From: an uncultured delta proteobacterium
Lineage (GTDB): Bacteria; Desulfobacterota; Binatia; UBA9968
Length of the DNA: 64,000 bases
Assembly: GCA_963755715.1 (NCBI GenBank)
Contig: CAVWLW010000007.1
Span: forward strand, 1 to 64,000
Direction of reading: 5' to 3'
Made by a program: the position numbers and the translations under genes. Shown here in pieces: positions 1-10,348 of the stretch. The notes below the pieces were generated by a model, which was given only the letters and a program-made list of their open reading frames with translations, did no database searches and had not been told where the DNA came from. How positions within the stretch are numbered: the stretch's first letter is position 1; the number at the start of each line of letters is the position of its first letter.

Positions 1-115
1 CCCTCATGGGTATATACAGAATAGCGAAAAAAACGAAATGACTCGCGGCGAGAGAAAAAACAGCGATGATTCAGTCAAGACGGAAATTGATTTTCTAAAG
101 AGCGACGCTTAGGAC

Positions 116-1303
116 ATGGCCTGCAAAGTAAAAAAAGCGAAAGCCGGCGCGCATCTTGGGTTGCAGATTTTCTGGAATGGTCTGCGCAGCTGGGAAACAA
201 CCCGGCTTGAAGACACGTCGGAGAATCGCGATTTTCTTGAGGCACAGGCGAAAATCATTTCACGCGAGATCAAGCACGGCACGTTCGACTATTTGAAGCA
301 CTTTCCAGACGGAAACAAGGCTCACCTATTCCGCCGCGAGGCGCCGCGGCCGCGCAGCTCCTGAAACCGTGAAATCGTATTACGAAAAATGGATCGGGCG
401 CCGCGCGAACCAAGTCAGACCGCAGCAAGTGAAGTGCGAGAAGTCCTATTTCAGAAAGCATCTTCTCCCGGCGCAGGTTGCCGGCCAAGAGCTCGGCGAC
501 ATGTATCTCGCGGCGCTTGCCGTGCACCATCTCCAGCAACTCCAGGACTCTTTCAGAGCGAAGCGGATCGGCGATAAGGCTTACAAGGCCGCCAGCGTGA
601 ACAAGTACATCGGAGCGCTTCAGGCAATGCTGAAAGACGCCCGGCGGACCGGCGCCATGGCCGTCAATATCTTCGACCGCGATCTATTCTCCAAACTTCC
701 GGAATCCGACAGCGAGAGCGAGATTGATCCCTATTTGCCCGAAGAGCGCGAGAAAATCCTAAAGGGCTTCTTGGATTATCGCCTCCCCTACTACGCTTTT
801 GTGTTTCATCAATTCTGGACCGGTTGCAGACCGAGCGAGGCTTGCGCGCTGCGCCGTTCCGACGTCGACCTTGCCTATGGCTGGGAGCGAATCGAAAAGA
901 GCCGAGTCGCGAGCGCCGAGAGCGGGACAAAGACCGGGCCCAGCAATCGGCAGATCCGCCTGCATGAAAACTTGGTCGACGTGCTGAAAGAGCACGTGCG
1001 GTTCATGGTCGACCCGGACGCTTACCTATTCACCACGCCGGCAAGGCACTCCGATCACGAGAGATAATTTTTATAAGCGGCAATGGTTGCCGATGCTCCG
1101 CAAGCTCCAGATCCGGCCGCGGCCGTTCTACAACACCCGCCACAGCTACGCGAGTTTTATGCTGTCGATCGGCGCCAAGATGAATTTCATCTCGGCGCAG
1201 ACCGGCGACCGAGAAGAGACGTTATAGAGAGCATTATGCGAAGTATCTTGAGGGAATCGACCCGCAACGGAATTGGATCGAGGACCAGATCCGGCAAAAG
1301 TGA
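116..1303 (+). CDS. Tyrosine recombinase/integrase with N-terminal Arm DNA-binding (DUF3596-like) domain; split by three +1 frameshifts (sequencing error or pseudogene)
   Basis: ORF 116-364 has the Arm-domain-like EIKHGTFDYLKHFP; ORF 369-1067 has TGCRPSEACAL (catalytic Arg); shifted frames give RPFYNTRHSYASFMLS and HYAKY (catalytic Tyr) ending TGA at 1303; abuts the tRNA 3' end. Confidence 0.85.
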
Positions 1304-1371
1304 AAAATCCTCTCAAAAACGTGAAAAATCGAAATCCAGCCAAGTCAAAAACTCAACCCGCAAAAATGAAA

Positions 1372-1395
1372 AAGCCCTCGATTTCTCAAGGGCTT
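1372..1395 (-). terminator. Hairpin plus T-run downstream of tRNA-Gly
   Basis: Minus strand reads aagccct-tgagaaatcg-agggctt followed by ttt. Confidence 0.5.
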
Positions 1396-1400
1396 AAAGA

Positions 1401-1477
1401 TGGAGCGGGTGAGGAGGGTCGAACTCCCGACCTTATGCTTGGCAAGCATACGCTCTAGCCAACTGAGCTACACCCGC
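1401..1477 (-). tRNA. tRNA-Gly(GCC)
   Basis: Reverse complement gcgggtgtagctcagttggctagagcg-tatgc-ttGCCaa-gcata-aggtcgggagttcgaccctcctcacccgctcca folds as a cloverleaf with CCA end; pgsA followed by tRNA-Gly is a conserved arrangement. Confidence 0.95.
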
Positions 1478-1528
1478 ATGGGATTTTTTCTACAGGAAGC
1501 GTGATCCTTTGTCAATTTCGCAGTTCTG

Positions 1529-2101
1529 TTAAACGCGATTCAGACGCGCTTGGCGCAGGCGAAAAAACTGCAAGTGATATTTCGTGCCGGACCAAATCGC
1601 GATCACGGCGGAGAGCACGAGAAAATACATCCCAGCCGCATAGAAATCCAAACCCAAATGACGGTAGTGCACCAACAACCCGACGATGGCGAACACTTGA
1701 AGAATAAATTTGTATTTGCCGAGCGTTTCGGCGTGCATCACTATCCCTTCCGTGAGAGCGATGCCGCGAATGACCGTCACGGCAGTCTCCCGCGCCAAAA
1801 TCACAACCACCAGCCAGGCAGGCACGTTAGGTTCATGGGGCCGATCGATGGCGGCAAGCATGATCAACACCGAGCCGACCATGAGCTTATCCGCCAACGG
1901 GTCGAGAATCTTGCCGATATCCGAAATACTTTTGTTGCGGCGCGCTAGATAGCCATCGAAGTAATCCGTCAGCGATGCCAGGAGGAAAAGCGCTGCGGCC
2001 AGGAGTGAGGACCGCCGGTCTGGAAACGTTAAGAGGTAGACCAGGACGGGAATAATCAGGATCCGAGCCAAGCTCAGAATATTTGGAAACGTCCAAACCA
2101 C
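1529..2101 (-). CDS. pgsA: CDP-diacylglycerol--glycerol-3-phosphate 3-phosphatidyltransferase
   Basis: PNILSLARI start; CDP-alcohol phosphotransferase motif DYFDGYLAR...GKILDPLADK. Confidence 0.93.
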   Translation of the reverse strand: MVWTFPNILSLARILIIPVLVYLLTFPDRRSSLLAAALFLLASLTDYFDGYLARRNKSISDIGKILDPLADKLMVGSVLIMLAAIDRPHEPNVPAWLVVVILARETAVTVIRGIALTEGIVMHAETLGKYKFILQVFAIVGLLVHYRHLGLDFYAAGMYFLVLSAVIAIWSGTKYHLQFFRLRQARLNRV

Positions 2102-2133
2102 GGAGGACTCCGCGGCGATACGCCTTGGATTTT

Positions 2134-2745
2134 TTATTGCCGAACCTGCTGAAACATTTGCGGTTCACCGCGATAGGAATCGTAAAAACGCAGAACGCGG
2201 CGCACGTATTCCCGGGTCTCCAAAAACGGCGGAATGCCGCGGTGCTTCTCTACGGCGCCGCTGCCGGCGTTGTAGGCGGCGAGCGAAAGCTCGAGATCCC
2301 CTTGATAGCGATCGAGCAGCATTCTTAAATGGCGCGCGCCGCCTTCGACGTTTTCACTCGGGTCATAAGCGTCGCTGATATTCTGAAGGCGCGCCGTTTC
2401 GGGCATGAGTTGCATCAATCCCATGGCGCCTTTTTGCGAGCGCGCCCGGGCGTTGAAATCCGATTCGGCCTTGATTACCGCGCGGATGAGGTCGGCGTCG
2501 ATGTTGTAGCGCCCTGAAGCAGTCTGGATAAGATCGTTATAAGACGAATTGACCGAGGCATGACCCGACCCTTCCCCGCGGCTTTCACGGAGCACCCGCC
2601 GGTAGCCGGCATGATTGGGCGTGTTGGTAAAAGTCAGCATGCCGTTCTTGTCTTTATAAACATAAACATCGGCAAACGCCGCGCCGGCGAGAAACGCAGT
2701 CGCTGCGAAAATAAGGAAGAACGAAATGATTTTTTGTATTGCCAT
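2134..2745 (-). CDS. Secreted lytic transglycosylase (SLT domain, DUF4124-like N-terminus)
   Basis: Signal peptide; AVIKAES, GAMGLMQLMP and LAAYNAG motifs. Confidence 0.9.
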   Translation of the reverse strand: MAIQKIISFFLIFAATAFLAGAAFADVYVYKDKNGMLTFTNTPNHAGYRRVLRESRGEGSGHASVNSSYNDLIQTASGRYNIDADLIRAVIKAESDFNARARSQKGAMGLMQLMPETARLQNISDAYDPSENVEGGARHLRMLLDRYQGDLELSLAAYNAGSGAVEKHRGIPPFLETREYVRRVLRFYDSYRGEPQMFQQVRQ

Positions 2746-2823
2746 CCGGACACGACTAAAAACCCGCCTAGAATAGCCGCAGTAGTGATTCCTGTCAATT
2801 ACTCTCCTGCCCGGATCGACCCC

Positions 2824-3252
2824 CTACCGAGTCAAAAGGTCGCTCGCCTGCGTTGAGGCCAATTGATCCACGAGCGGCTGGTCTCCCTCTAAAAAATCGA
2901 GATCCTTGAGCTCGGATAACTTTACCCAGGAAATTTGTTCAAAGACCAAGTTGGTTAACTCGCCGTTAAATATGTGGACATTATAGAATCGCAGCGCCAC
3001 GCTCGGGCCGTTGGAATACGAGTGTTCGTGCCGCCAGGCAAGCCGGCCGTCGATTGCATCGATCGCCAATTCCTCTTTCAACTCCCGGCATAGAGCATCC
3101 AGATCGCTCTCATTCTCTTCTACTTTTCCTCCAGGAAATTCCCATTTCAACGGAAAACTTCCCGTATGATGACGCTGGCAAACCAGCAGCCGGCCGTCGC
3201 GAAAAATGAGGCCGGCGACGACGTTGATCGTCCGTTTGTTTATAGGTTCCAT
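2824..3252 (-). CDS. Nudix hydrolase, MutT/NudG-like
   Basis: WEFPGGKVEENESDLDALCRELKEEL Nudix box. Confidence 0.9.
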   Translation of the reverse strand: MEPINKRTINVVAGLIFRDGRLLVCQRHHTGSFPLKWEFPGGKVEENESDLDALCRELKEELAIDAIDGRLAWRHEHSYSNGPSVALRFYNVHIFNGELTNLVFEQISWVKLSELKDLDFLEGDQPLVDQLASTQASDLLTR

Positions 3253-3296
3253 CGTGCTCTTGAACCGAAACGCGTGTACGACGAAAGCGAGATCGT

Positions 3297-3341
3297 TGGC
3301 GCGCCTGCAGGAAATCGAACCCCCAACCCTCAGATCCGAAG
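3297..3341 (-). repeat. Degenerate copy of the 3' half of tRNA-Arg (att-like direct repeat)
   Basis: 41/45 nt identical to 6962-7006 by manual alignment; ends in CCA on the minus strand. Confidence 0.88.
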
Positions 3342-3697
3342 AAGGTTGCAGCGATTGTTATCAACTGTTGCGAGATAATGCGAGCTTGGTTTTAAAGCGC
3401 TTGGCGCTATTCGCTCATGTGACAAAAGCTCAAATGATCTAGCGCGATGGACACAGTCGACACATTCAGCAAGATATCCGATAACATCGAAGCCGGCGCA
3501 TTTTCGCAATGTCTTTGTCTTTGGACAAAAGCAGCGATGCGCACGTATGGCGTAGTTTATGAAACCTGGGACGTTTCACGCGGATTGTCGGAGACAACAA
3601 GATTCAGCCGCGCCCTCTTTGTCGTAGCCGCCATATTGGTCGCGTACGTCGCACTCATAATTGTCGGATCGCCATGAGTTATCAGGCTGTAGATGTA

Positions 3698-3979
3698 TCA
3701 ATCACTGCAGTTATACTTTGATGTTTCTCCGAGTCGAATATATCTCTCGCCGTTGCGTTCAAACATCTCAACAATAAGCTCGCCTTTTACATCTGCGAAG
3801 CCGTCGAGTGCCTCGGCAAACACATTTCGAGGTATAGCTAATTCTCCTATTATGTCATCAGCACGAAGACCGAAATCCGGATCTTGTCCGGAGCGCCGAT
3901 AGGCGCTGCACAACTTGTTAAAGATCTTATGCCGCGCTTCACGCACTGAAATGTCGATTGATCGCGTTCTCTGCGCCAT
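3698..3979 (-). CDS. Small hypothetical protein (possibly winged-helix)
   Basis: 93 aa ATG ORF with protein-like composition, helices followed by a beta hairpin (IVEMFERNGERYIRL). Confidence 0.55.
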   Translation of the reverse strand: MAQRTRSIDISVREARHKIFNKLCSAYRRSGQDPDFGLRADDIIGELAIPRNVFAEALDGFADVKGELIVEMFERNGERYIRLGETSKYNCSD

Positions 3980-4323
3980 TCACATGAAGTTTCAGATTGA
4001 CAGTACCGCCTCGTTTTTCTAGGCTCCTTCGTACGGTGAAAGCAAGGAGTCGGGTTTACCGCGGGGGCCATTTCTGATCCGTGGATTCGGCTCTTCAAGT
4101 ATTGCTTGAAGTCTGCTCCTGATGGTTCTTCGATCCCCCCTTGCATTGTCAAATCAAACTGGACTAGACTCCGACCCTTCACCAAAGCTCAACTCGATTT
4201 ACTCCCGCGACCAGGAAGCCTTGGAAAGATTAGTAGAAAGGTTACTTAGTCCTTGAGGTTCTGATCAACACTGCTGCGTTTGTCACAATGCCGCCTGTTC
4301 GGCGGCAGATTGCATAAACGAAG

Positions 4324-4803
4324 ATGAAATTTCACCGTCTTACGCAAATTTTTAGTCGAACTCGCTCTGCTCCATTGAGGTATGAGGAATGCTCCGGTAT
4401 TGGCAAGAAAAAGATCCTCATCGTTGACGACAATTCCGATCTTCGAAAACTGCTTGCGCTCGTTCTCAAAAACTCAGACTACGACACGGTTGAAGCGGCG
4501 ACAGGCTTGGAAGCTCTAAAGCAAGCACGCGCCACCCGTCCCGATCTGATTCTCATGGATCTCTTCATGCCCGACGTTACTGGCGATGAAGCAATGGCAT
4601 GGCTCAAAGCAGATCCATTGACGCGCAACATACCCGTGATCGTAACTACAGCTTTTCTCTCCGGAACGCTTGTCGGTCGTGCTATCGCCGTCGGCGCTGC
4701 CGAAGTACTGTATAAGCCTTTTCATTTGAAATCGCTTCATGTCGTGATGCAGCGACATTTATCAGTCAATCACCAAACCGCCGCCGGTCTTCCTATAACG
4801 TGA
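4324..4803 (+). CDS. Single-domain response regulator (CheY/DivK-like); true start may be downstream
   Basis: KILIVDD, PDLILMD, IPVIVTTA and YKPF receiver motifs. Confidence 0.88.
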   Translation: MKFHRLTQIFSRTRSAPLRYEECSGIGKKKILIVDDNSDLRKLLALVLKNSDYDTVEAATGLEALKQARATRPDLILMDLFMPDVTGDEAMAWLKADPLTRNIPVIVTTAFLSGTLVGRAIAVGAAEVLYKPFHLKSLHVVMQRHLSVNHQTAAGLPIT

Positions 4804-4956
4804 GCGAGCTCCTCGCGGCCTAACCTCTGAGAGTCATCGACTCACCAAGCGCCATTTTCCGTGACCTAAACGTTTTTTGTTCACCCTTTGCCGGCTTTTG
4901 ATGCCAGCAAATTACTTCAACAGCGCGCGTTTTCTATATCTAGTCCTGAATCGTTA

Positions 4957-4972
4957 TGGCATGGCGGTTGCG
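4957..4972 (+). promoter_or_regulatory. Putative sigma54 (-24/-12) promoter
   Basis: TGGCAT-GGCGG-TTGCG matches TGGCAC-N5-TTGC spacing, about 30 nt before an RBS+ATG. Confidence 0.6.
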
Positions 4973-5004
4973 CTATCCGATTGCCCAAAGGAGACCAGCA
5001 ATAG

Positions 5005-5142
5005 ATGGAATCATTGGCGACACGCACTCCAGTTAAATCTTCCCAGGCGGAAAGTATCGATTGGCCGGTCATTATATTTTGGCTAACCTATCTCGGCATG
5101 GTCTTCGGCATTATTTGCGCTTTCATTTCAGACGGGCTTTAA
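5005..5142 (+). CDS. 45-aa single-TM microprotein (below ORF-track cutoff)
   Basis: AAGGAG RBS; MESLATRTPVKSSQAESIDWPVIIFWLTYLGMVFGIICAFISDGL; upstream sigma54 box. Confidence 0.6.
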   Translation: MESLATRTPVKSSQAESIDWPVIIFWLTYLGMVFGIICAFISDGL

Positions 5143-5693
5143 GCCCCGCGGATGCGTGTCTAACAAGGCGGCCGGCCCCTAAGGGGTCCGACGCTCGTTG
5201 CGCATTTCCTATAATTGCAACCACCGTTCGCCCAACTTCCGTAGCTCTCCGATCGACGCGCCCTTTGTCGCTTCTGCGGCAGCCGATCTCCATGTTGAGC
5301 GATCCGCCGCATTACTTCGAGTGCACCCACGGCCCGCGCATCGCGAAAATTCCGTAGTCCGTCCCTCCTCTTGCAACACGCATAGGTGGTTCAGCCGCCG
5401 CAGCCGGCCCGCGTCATTGCGCCGAGAATTATGGATACGAGCAAAGTTCTTTATGCGCCCCAAATCTTGGCCACGATCGCCAGTCTGCGCGTAGTCGACA
5501 GTGGCAACGCATGCCATCGCCAGCGCGAATCCATGCCACTAGGCGCTAAATTTGCATCCCATCATCGGAAATCATCCTGCCTCGCGGAAAGTGTTGATGG
5601 GAAAGGCGTGTCTAATTGGAGGTGTACGTTATTTCCAACATTAACCAATCTGTGTGAGAAAACACGACTGGATTATCATACGTATTAATCGCG

Positions 5694-6230
5694 ATGAATC
5701 ATGCTAAATCGTTAAGGGTTATCGGGCAGGCCTTAGAGGTCGCTAAGGTTTTCGTGTTCAATCTGGAAAGCGACGGCCGAAATTATATGGTGCAGAGCGA
5801 TTCGATGTCGCGAACGGGCGAATGGATGTTGCGCTATGCTGCCAGCGAAAGCGATTTTTCCGCGCTTTCGGGTCGGCGATCGGCAGCCGACACAGCTGTG
5901 AAGCCGAACTCCGTGGAGCTGAAACCCGTGGCATTTAACAATGCAGATATTGCGCGGCTTGACGCTCGGGAGGCGAAACGGCGACGAGACTTTTCTAACT
6001 CACAGGCAGAACTGTCAACGAACTTGTCTCAACTCTTACGCACTCTGGGCGATCATCTCGACAAAAGCTCCGCGCGAACATTTCATATTTTCTGGATGCC
6101 CGATTCGATAGTTGTCGATTGTAGGAGAGCCGACGGGTTGACGGATCGCCAAAGGTTCACGCCTGAAAAACTGCTTCAATTTAATAATAGCGGATTGCGC
6201 CGGACTCTCATTGAAAATAAGAACAGGTAG
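5694..6230 (+). CDS. Hypothetical protein, paralog of 45424-45930
   Basis: Shares LRVIGQ, LSxxLRxLGxxLD and FxIxW motifs with the other copy. Confidence 0.75.
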   Translation: MNHAKSLRVIGQALEVAKVFVFNLESDGRNYMVQSDSMSRTGEWMLRYAASESDFSALSGRRSAADTAVKPNSVELKPVAFNNADIARLDAREAKRRRDFSNSQAELSTNLSQLLRTLGDHLDKSSARTFHIFWMPDSIVVDCRRADGLTDRQRFTPEKLLQFNNSGLRRTLIENKNR

Positions 6231-6619
6231 TTTTTTTTCACTGAAAAGTGCAGTTTGATAGTTTCAAAATTTGCCTGAAGTATAGAGTTTCTGTTTCGGC
6301 TTGTTGCCAGAAGTTAGACCAACCCGTTGTCAATCAATTTGCCTCGCAGTGTTTCCCAACTCGCGTTGAGATCCTGCCAGCGCCTCTCTTAGCTGTCGCT
6401 GTCCAATGCCCGGCGAAATTGATCGAAAGGCCATTTTGTGGTGATTCGAGATAGTCGAGCGCGTCGAAAACTTCTGTGCGTATTTCTCCCGCCGGCATCG
6501 ATTGAGTGTATCCGTGAGCAGAGCAGTGGGCGCTATTAGGTCCATCACAACTGTTTCCTTCCAAGCATCCACCGACCGACGATGATGCCGAAATAACCCG
6601 CAACCGGTGCGACGAGTGC

Positions 6620-6765
6620 TTGAATGCTTAATTTATTTTCCAGAACCGGTCCGGCATTCTCCGCAGCGGTATGGTCTAATAAAAATAAGCGTAACGCTTC
6701 TATCGGATTCATTAGACGAGATGGGCGGACGTCGCTGCTATCGCAATATGGACAGACAATTAGGC
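6620..6765 (-). pseudogene. Decayed small zinc-ribbon protein
   Basis: CPYCDSSDVRPSR in one frame, then RPYRCGECR in a shifted frame. Confidence 0.4.
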
Positions 6766-6964
6766 GTTTACTTCTTATTGTCACGTTTTGATGTTGTGCA
6801 ATTGTCAGCGGTGCTCCATCGCCTGCCCGATCGTTCACGCTACGCTTTCCTTTCGGTCCTGATGACGATCTCGTTCATGGTGACTTCTTTAAGTCAGAAC
6901 TGATCCCTGGACACATTGACGAGAAATAACTTTAAGTGATGATAGCTAAGTAGCTGATATTTAG

Positions 6965-7038
6965 CGCGCCTGGAGGGATTCGAACCCCCAACCCTCAGAT
7001 CCGAAGTCTGATGCTCTGTCCAGTTGAGCTACAGGCGC
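6965..7038 (-). tRNA. tRNA-Arg(TCG); encoded 3' end is CTA, not CCA
   Basis: Reverse complement gcgcctgtagctcaactggacagagca-tcaga-ctTCGga-tctga-gggttgggggttcgaatccctccaggcgcg cloverleaf. Confidence 0.93.
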
Positions 7039-7055
7039 GAGAGCGGTGCGGCCGC

Positions 7056-8861
7056 CTATTGAAAATAGACGATCTCCAGTCCCTTTTCAAAGAAGAATCG
7101 ATGCAATGGCGGCGGGATTTGGCGGTCAGTCAAAAAAATCGGTTTCTTGGTCAATTGAAATCCCCAAGCTTTTACGGTCACTCGATCGCGCGCTGAGCCC
7201 GGAGCGACGGGAAATCGGTGCTCCAGATATGCCGCTTGATCGCCGAGAAGAGTCAACACCCGAGCGATCAACTCGCGGCTCGAAAGCGACCTGAGATCGA
7301 GTTCTATCGTTTTGATTCCCTGCTGTTCTTGCAACGATTTGCGGATGTCCGGGTCCATCGCGCGAAAGAACAGCGCGGTGCGCTGGCCAGCGGTTTCAAA
7401 TACTCGGTCGGTGCGCGTGTCGACCCGCAGCCCATCGTTGAGCTCGACGGACAGGCTTTCGGCCACGCCGAAGGTGACGCCATAGGACAACAGCAGCGCG
7501 TCGATGATTTCCTGCTTGTCTCTTGGCCAATTTTTTACTTGAGATGGACTCGTCTTCGGCTGTTCATTCGCCACCGGCGCGGGCGCCGCTTTCGCGGCCG
7601 TTGGCAAGACCACCTCGCGAAGCTGCAAGCCCTTTTTTGCCAGCTCGGCTTTTAAATACTCAGGGATTTCATTCGGCCGCTCGGTGAGATTGATCACCAA
7701 TACTTCTTGAGGCTTGTTGCTAACCGTGGGCGCCAAGGCCATCCAATTGCCCTTCGCTTCGAAAGAAACCCCTTCTTCCTGAATCATGATCGGCCGGTCC
7801 GTGGGCAATGACTGATAGCCCAATCCGGCGAGCAACTGGCCGACGGCGTCTTGAATCGACAGACCGTTGGCCATCGGCAACACCTGCGCACCGATGCGCG
7901 GATCGTTGAGCTTCGACTTGAGCGACGCGGGAATCTTGCCTTCGGGATCGATCACCAGCTTCTGGCGCAAGGTTGGATTGTAGACCACCGGATAGACGCT
8001 TCTTTCGAAACGAATATTTTCCTCGCTCAAGGCCACGACTTCTTCGCCGGTCTGCTGGATTTCATTGCCCATCGCTTCGATCACGTTGGCAAACAGGGCC
8101 ATGTTTTCTTTAGCCGGCGCGCGAAGCGCCTGACGCGTGTCAAGCGGCGTGGTTTTGACCTCGCTTGGGGGCTTCCGCGCGGTGCCGGCGTTACTTACCG
8201 GTGTCTGTGTGTCCGGTGCGGGCTTGGCGCTTTCCGCGCTTGCAGATTGGAGTCCAGTCCCTGCCGTGGGCAAACGAATCGTCTCGCCTTCGAGGAGTGT
8301 ATCCCAATCTTTTCGCTCGGGGTTTAGATCCTTGGCCAGAGAATAATACTGCGCCACTTTCCGCTCATCGGTAACCTTCAATTGGTCACGCAAGATCTGG
8401 TAAAGGTGCTCGCCGGATTTGACTCGATAATTGATTGTCGTCCCCGGTTTCAGCTGGTTTGGTTCCCGCGCCGGTTCAACCGCACCATCGACGCGCAGGG
8501 GGATAAAGATTTTATCGCCGACGCGCAGAACATCCAGATTTTTCGTCTGCGGGTTCAAGCCCCGAATCACCACCAGATAACTGCGAAATTTTTGACCGGG
8601 CAGGCCTTTTTCTTCGACCAAAATGCGCCAAAGCGAGTCGCCGTGCCCGATCTGGCGCTCTTCGCCTTCGACTTGCTGGCCCTGAAACTCCCGCGTGTTG
8701 ACCGACTTGCGCAGGCTCATTTCAGCCTGGCCGACGCGTTCGGGCGCGGCAGATTTTTCTTGCGCGTAGCCAATGCCAAAAGTGACCCAAGCGCCGAAGC
8801 CAACGGCGTAAATCAAAAGGCGCCGATAAGAGTGTTTTTTGCTCGTCACTTGACCTTCCAC
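7056..8861 (-). CDS. Secreted/periplasmic protein with two LysM-like domains and an unknown C-terminal region
   Basis: N-terminal hydrophobic segment; IGHGDSLWRIL...LNP...LRVGDKIFIP and YRVKSGEHLYQIL...LNP...LEGETIRLP. Confidence 0.7.
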   Translation of the reverse strand: MEGQVTSKKHSYRRLLIYAVGFGAWVTFGIGYAQEKSAAPERVGQAEMSLRKSVNTREFQGQQVEGEERQIGHGDSLWRILVEEKGLPGQKFRSYLVVIRGLNPQTKNLDVLRVGDKIFIPLRVDGAVEPAREPNQLKPGTTINYRVKSGEHLYQILRDQLKVTDERKVAQYYSLAKDLNPERKDWDTLLEGETIRLPTAGTGLQSASAESAKPAPDTQTPVSNAGTARKPPSEVKTTPLDTRQALRAPAKENMALFANVIEAMGNEIQQTGEEVVALSEENIRFERSVYPVVYNPTLRQKLVIDPEGKIPASLKSKLNDPRIGAQVLPMANGLSIQDAVGQLLAGLGYQSLPTDRPIMIQEEGVSFEAKGNWMALAPTVSNKPQEVLVINLTERPNEIPEYLKAELAKKGLQLREVVLPTAAKAAPAPVANEQPKTSPSQVKNWPRDKQEIIDALLLSYGVTFGVAESLSVELNDGLRVDTRTDRVFETAGQRTALFFRAMDPDIRKSLQEQQGIKTIELDLRSLSSRELIARVLTLLGDQAAYLEHRFPVAPGSARDRVTVKAWGFQLTKKPIFLTDRQIPPPLHRFFFEKGLEIVYFQ

Positions 8862-10249
8862 AGGGTGCCCTTGGCAGTATCTTCGAGCACGATGCCTTCT
8901 CGGCCTAATTCGTCACGGATCCGATCTGCCTCTTGCCAATTCTTTTCCAAGCGTGCTCGGTCGCGCCGACCGATTGATTCTTCGATCCGTACGGCCGTTA
9001 AATTCCCCTTCTTCAGAAATCGCTGCTTTTTTCGCTCGGAATAGCCATCGCGAAGAAGGCCTAGTATATCACACATTGCACGAAGCGCGGTGCCTCTATT
9101 TTCGATTCCTTGGGTCTTTTTTTCATCCAGCAGGCGGTTGAGCGCCCGCACCTCGTCGAATATCAACGCCAGGGCGCGTGGCGTATTGAAATCATCGTCC
9201 ATCTCTTGACGGAAGGATTCGAGCAGCGCCGAATCAGGCACCGCGTGTTCCCGGGCGGTCGCCGAATGACCGAGTCGCTCCATCGTTTCATAGATGCGGT
9301 CCGTCGCCCGTGCCGCTTCGCTCAAACCCTCTTTGGAGAAATCCATCGGGCTGCGATAATGGCTCGCCAAAAAATAGTGGCGTAAAGCTGCGGCGTCGAA
9401 TTCTTCGAGAATTTCGCGGATCGTGAAAAAATTGCCGAGTGACTTCGACATTTTTTCCTGATTGATGTTGAGAAAGCCGTTATGCAACCAGAAGCGCGCC
9501 AGCGGCCGACCGAGCGCTCCTTCCGATTGCGCGATCTCGTTCTCATGGTGGGGAAAAATCAGATCCCGGCCGCCGCCGTGAATATCGAACGGCTGTCCCA
9601 GATACTTCGTGCTCATCGCCGAGCATTCGATATGCCAACCCGGCCGGCCTCGACCCCATGGGCTGTCCCACGTCGGCTCTCCAGGTTTGCTCGATTTCCA
9701 CAGAGCGAAATCGAGCGGCGAGCGCTTGCGCTCGTCGACTTCGACACGCGCTCCAGCTTCCAGCTCGTCGATATTTTTCCTGGACAGCTTGCCGTAGCTC
9801 GGAAATCCGGCGACGGAATAATAAACGTCGCCGTCGATCCGGTAGGCGAGTTCCTTGGCTTCGAGCTGCTCGATGATGTCGATGATCTCAGCGATATGCT
9901 GCGTGGCGAGCGGTTCGACGCTCGGCGCGAACAAGCCAAGCGCCTCACCGTCTTGATGAAATTCTCCGATGTAACGCTGCGTGATCGTTTCCCAGCTCAC
10001 CTGCTCTTCGTTGGCCCGTTTGATGATCTTGTCGTCGACATCGGTGAAGTTGCGCACGTAGGTCACGTCGAAGCCAAGAAAACGCAGGTAGCGATAGATC
10101 ACGTCGAAGGTGATCAGAAAGCGGCAGTGCCCCAGATGCGCCGAGTCGTAAACGGTCACGCCGCACACGTACATGCGCACCCGTCCCGGCGTGAGCGGGA
10201 CAAATTCATCTTTTTCGCCGCTGAGCGTGTTGAAAATTTTTAAAGCCAT
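8846..10249 (-). CDS. cysS: Cysteine--tRNA ligase
   Basis: [33 protein letters not shown] and KMSKS motifs. Confidence 0.98.
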   Translation of the reverse strand: MALKIFNTLSGEKDEFVPLTPGRVRMYVCGVTVYDSAHLGHCRFLITFDVIYRYLRFLGFDVTYVRNFTDVDDKIIKRANEEQVSWETITQRYIGEFHQDGEALGLFAPSVEPLATQHIAEIIDIIEQLEAKELAYRIDGDVYYSVAGFPSYGKLSRKNIDELEAGARVEVDERKRSPLDFALWKSSKPGEPTWDSPWGRGRPGWHIECSAMSTKYLGQPFDIHGGGRDLIFPHHENEIAQSEGALGRPLARFWLHNGFLNINQEKMSKSLGNFFTIREILEEFDAAALRHYFLASHYRSPMDFSKEGLSEAARATDRIYETMERLGHSATAREHAVPDSALLESFRQEMDDDFNTPRALALIFDEVRALNRLLDEKKTQGIENRGTALRAMCDILGLLRDGYSERKKQRFLKKGNLTAVRIEESIGRRDRARLEKNWQEADRIRDELGREGIVLEDTAKGTLWKVK

Positions 10250-10348
10250 ATTGGGAACTTTTTATCTTACGGATCGGCTCATCTTTTGCAAGCTGATTTC
10301 GCTCACGCACCTTGCCAAAGCCGGGAAAAAAGCATAGACAAAAATCCT

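Larger units (their letters stand above)
3342..6961. mobile_element. Small genomic islet integrated at tRNA-Arg, no integrase
   Basis: Bounded by the tRNA and its duplicated 3' half; lower GC by eye; small orphan genes and decayed ORFs inside. Confidence 0.7.

Noticed and set aside
3297-3341. Second functional tRNA-Arg
   Set aside because: Only the 3' half is present and the T-stem is disrupted
4299-4315. Sigma54 promoter before the response regulator
   Set aside because: GG to GC spacing is one base too short
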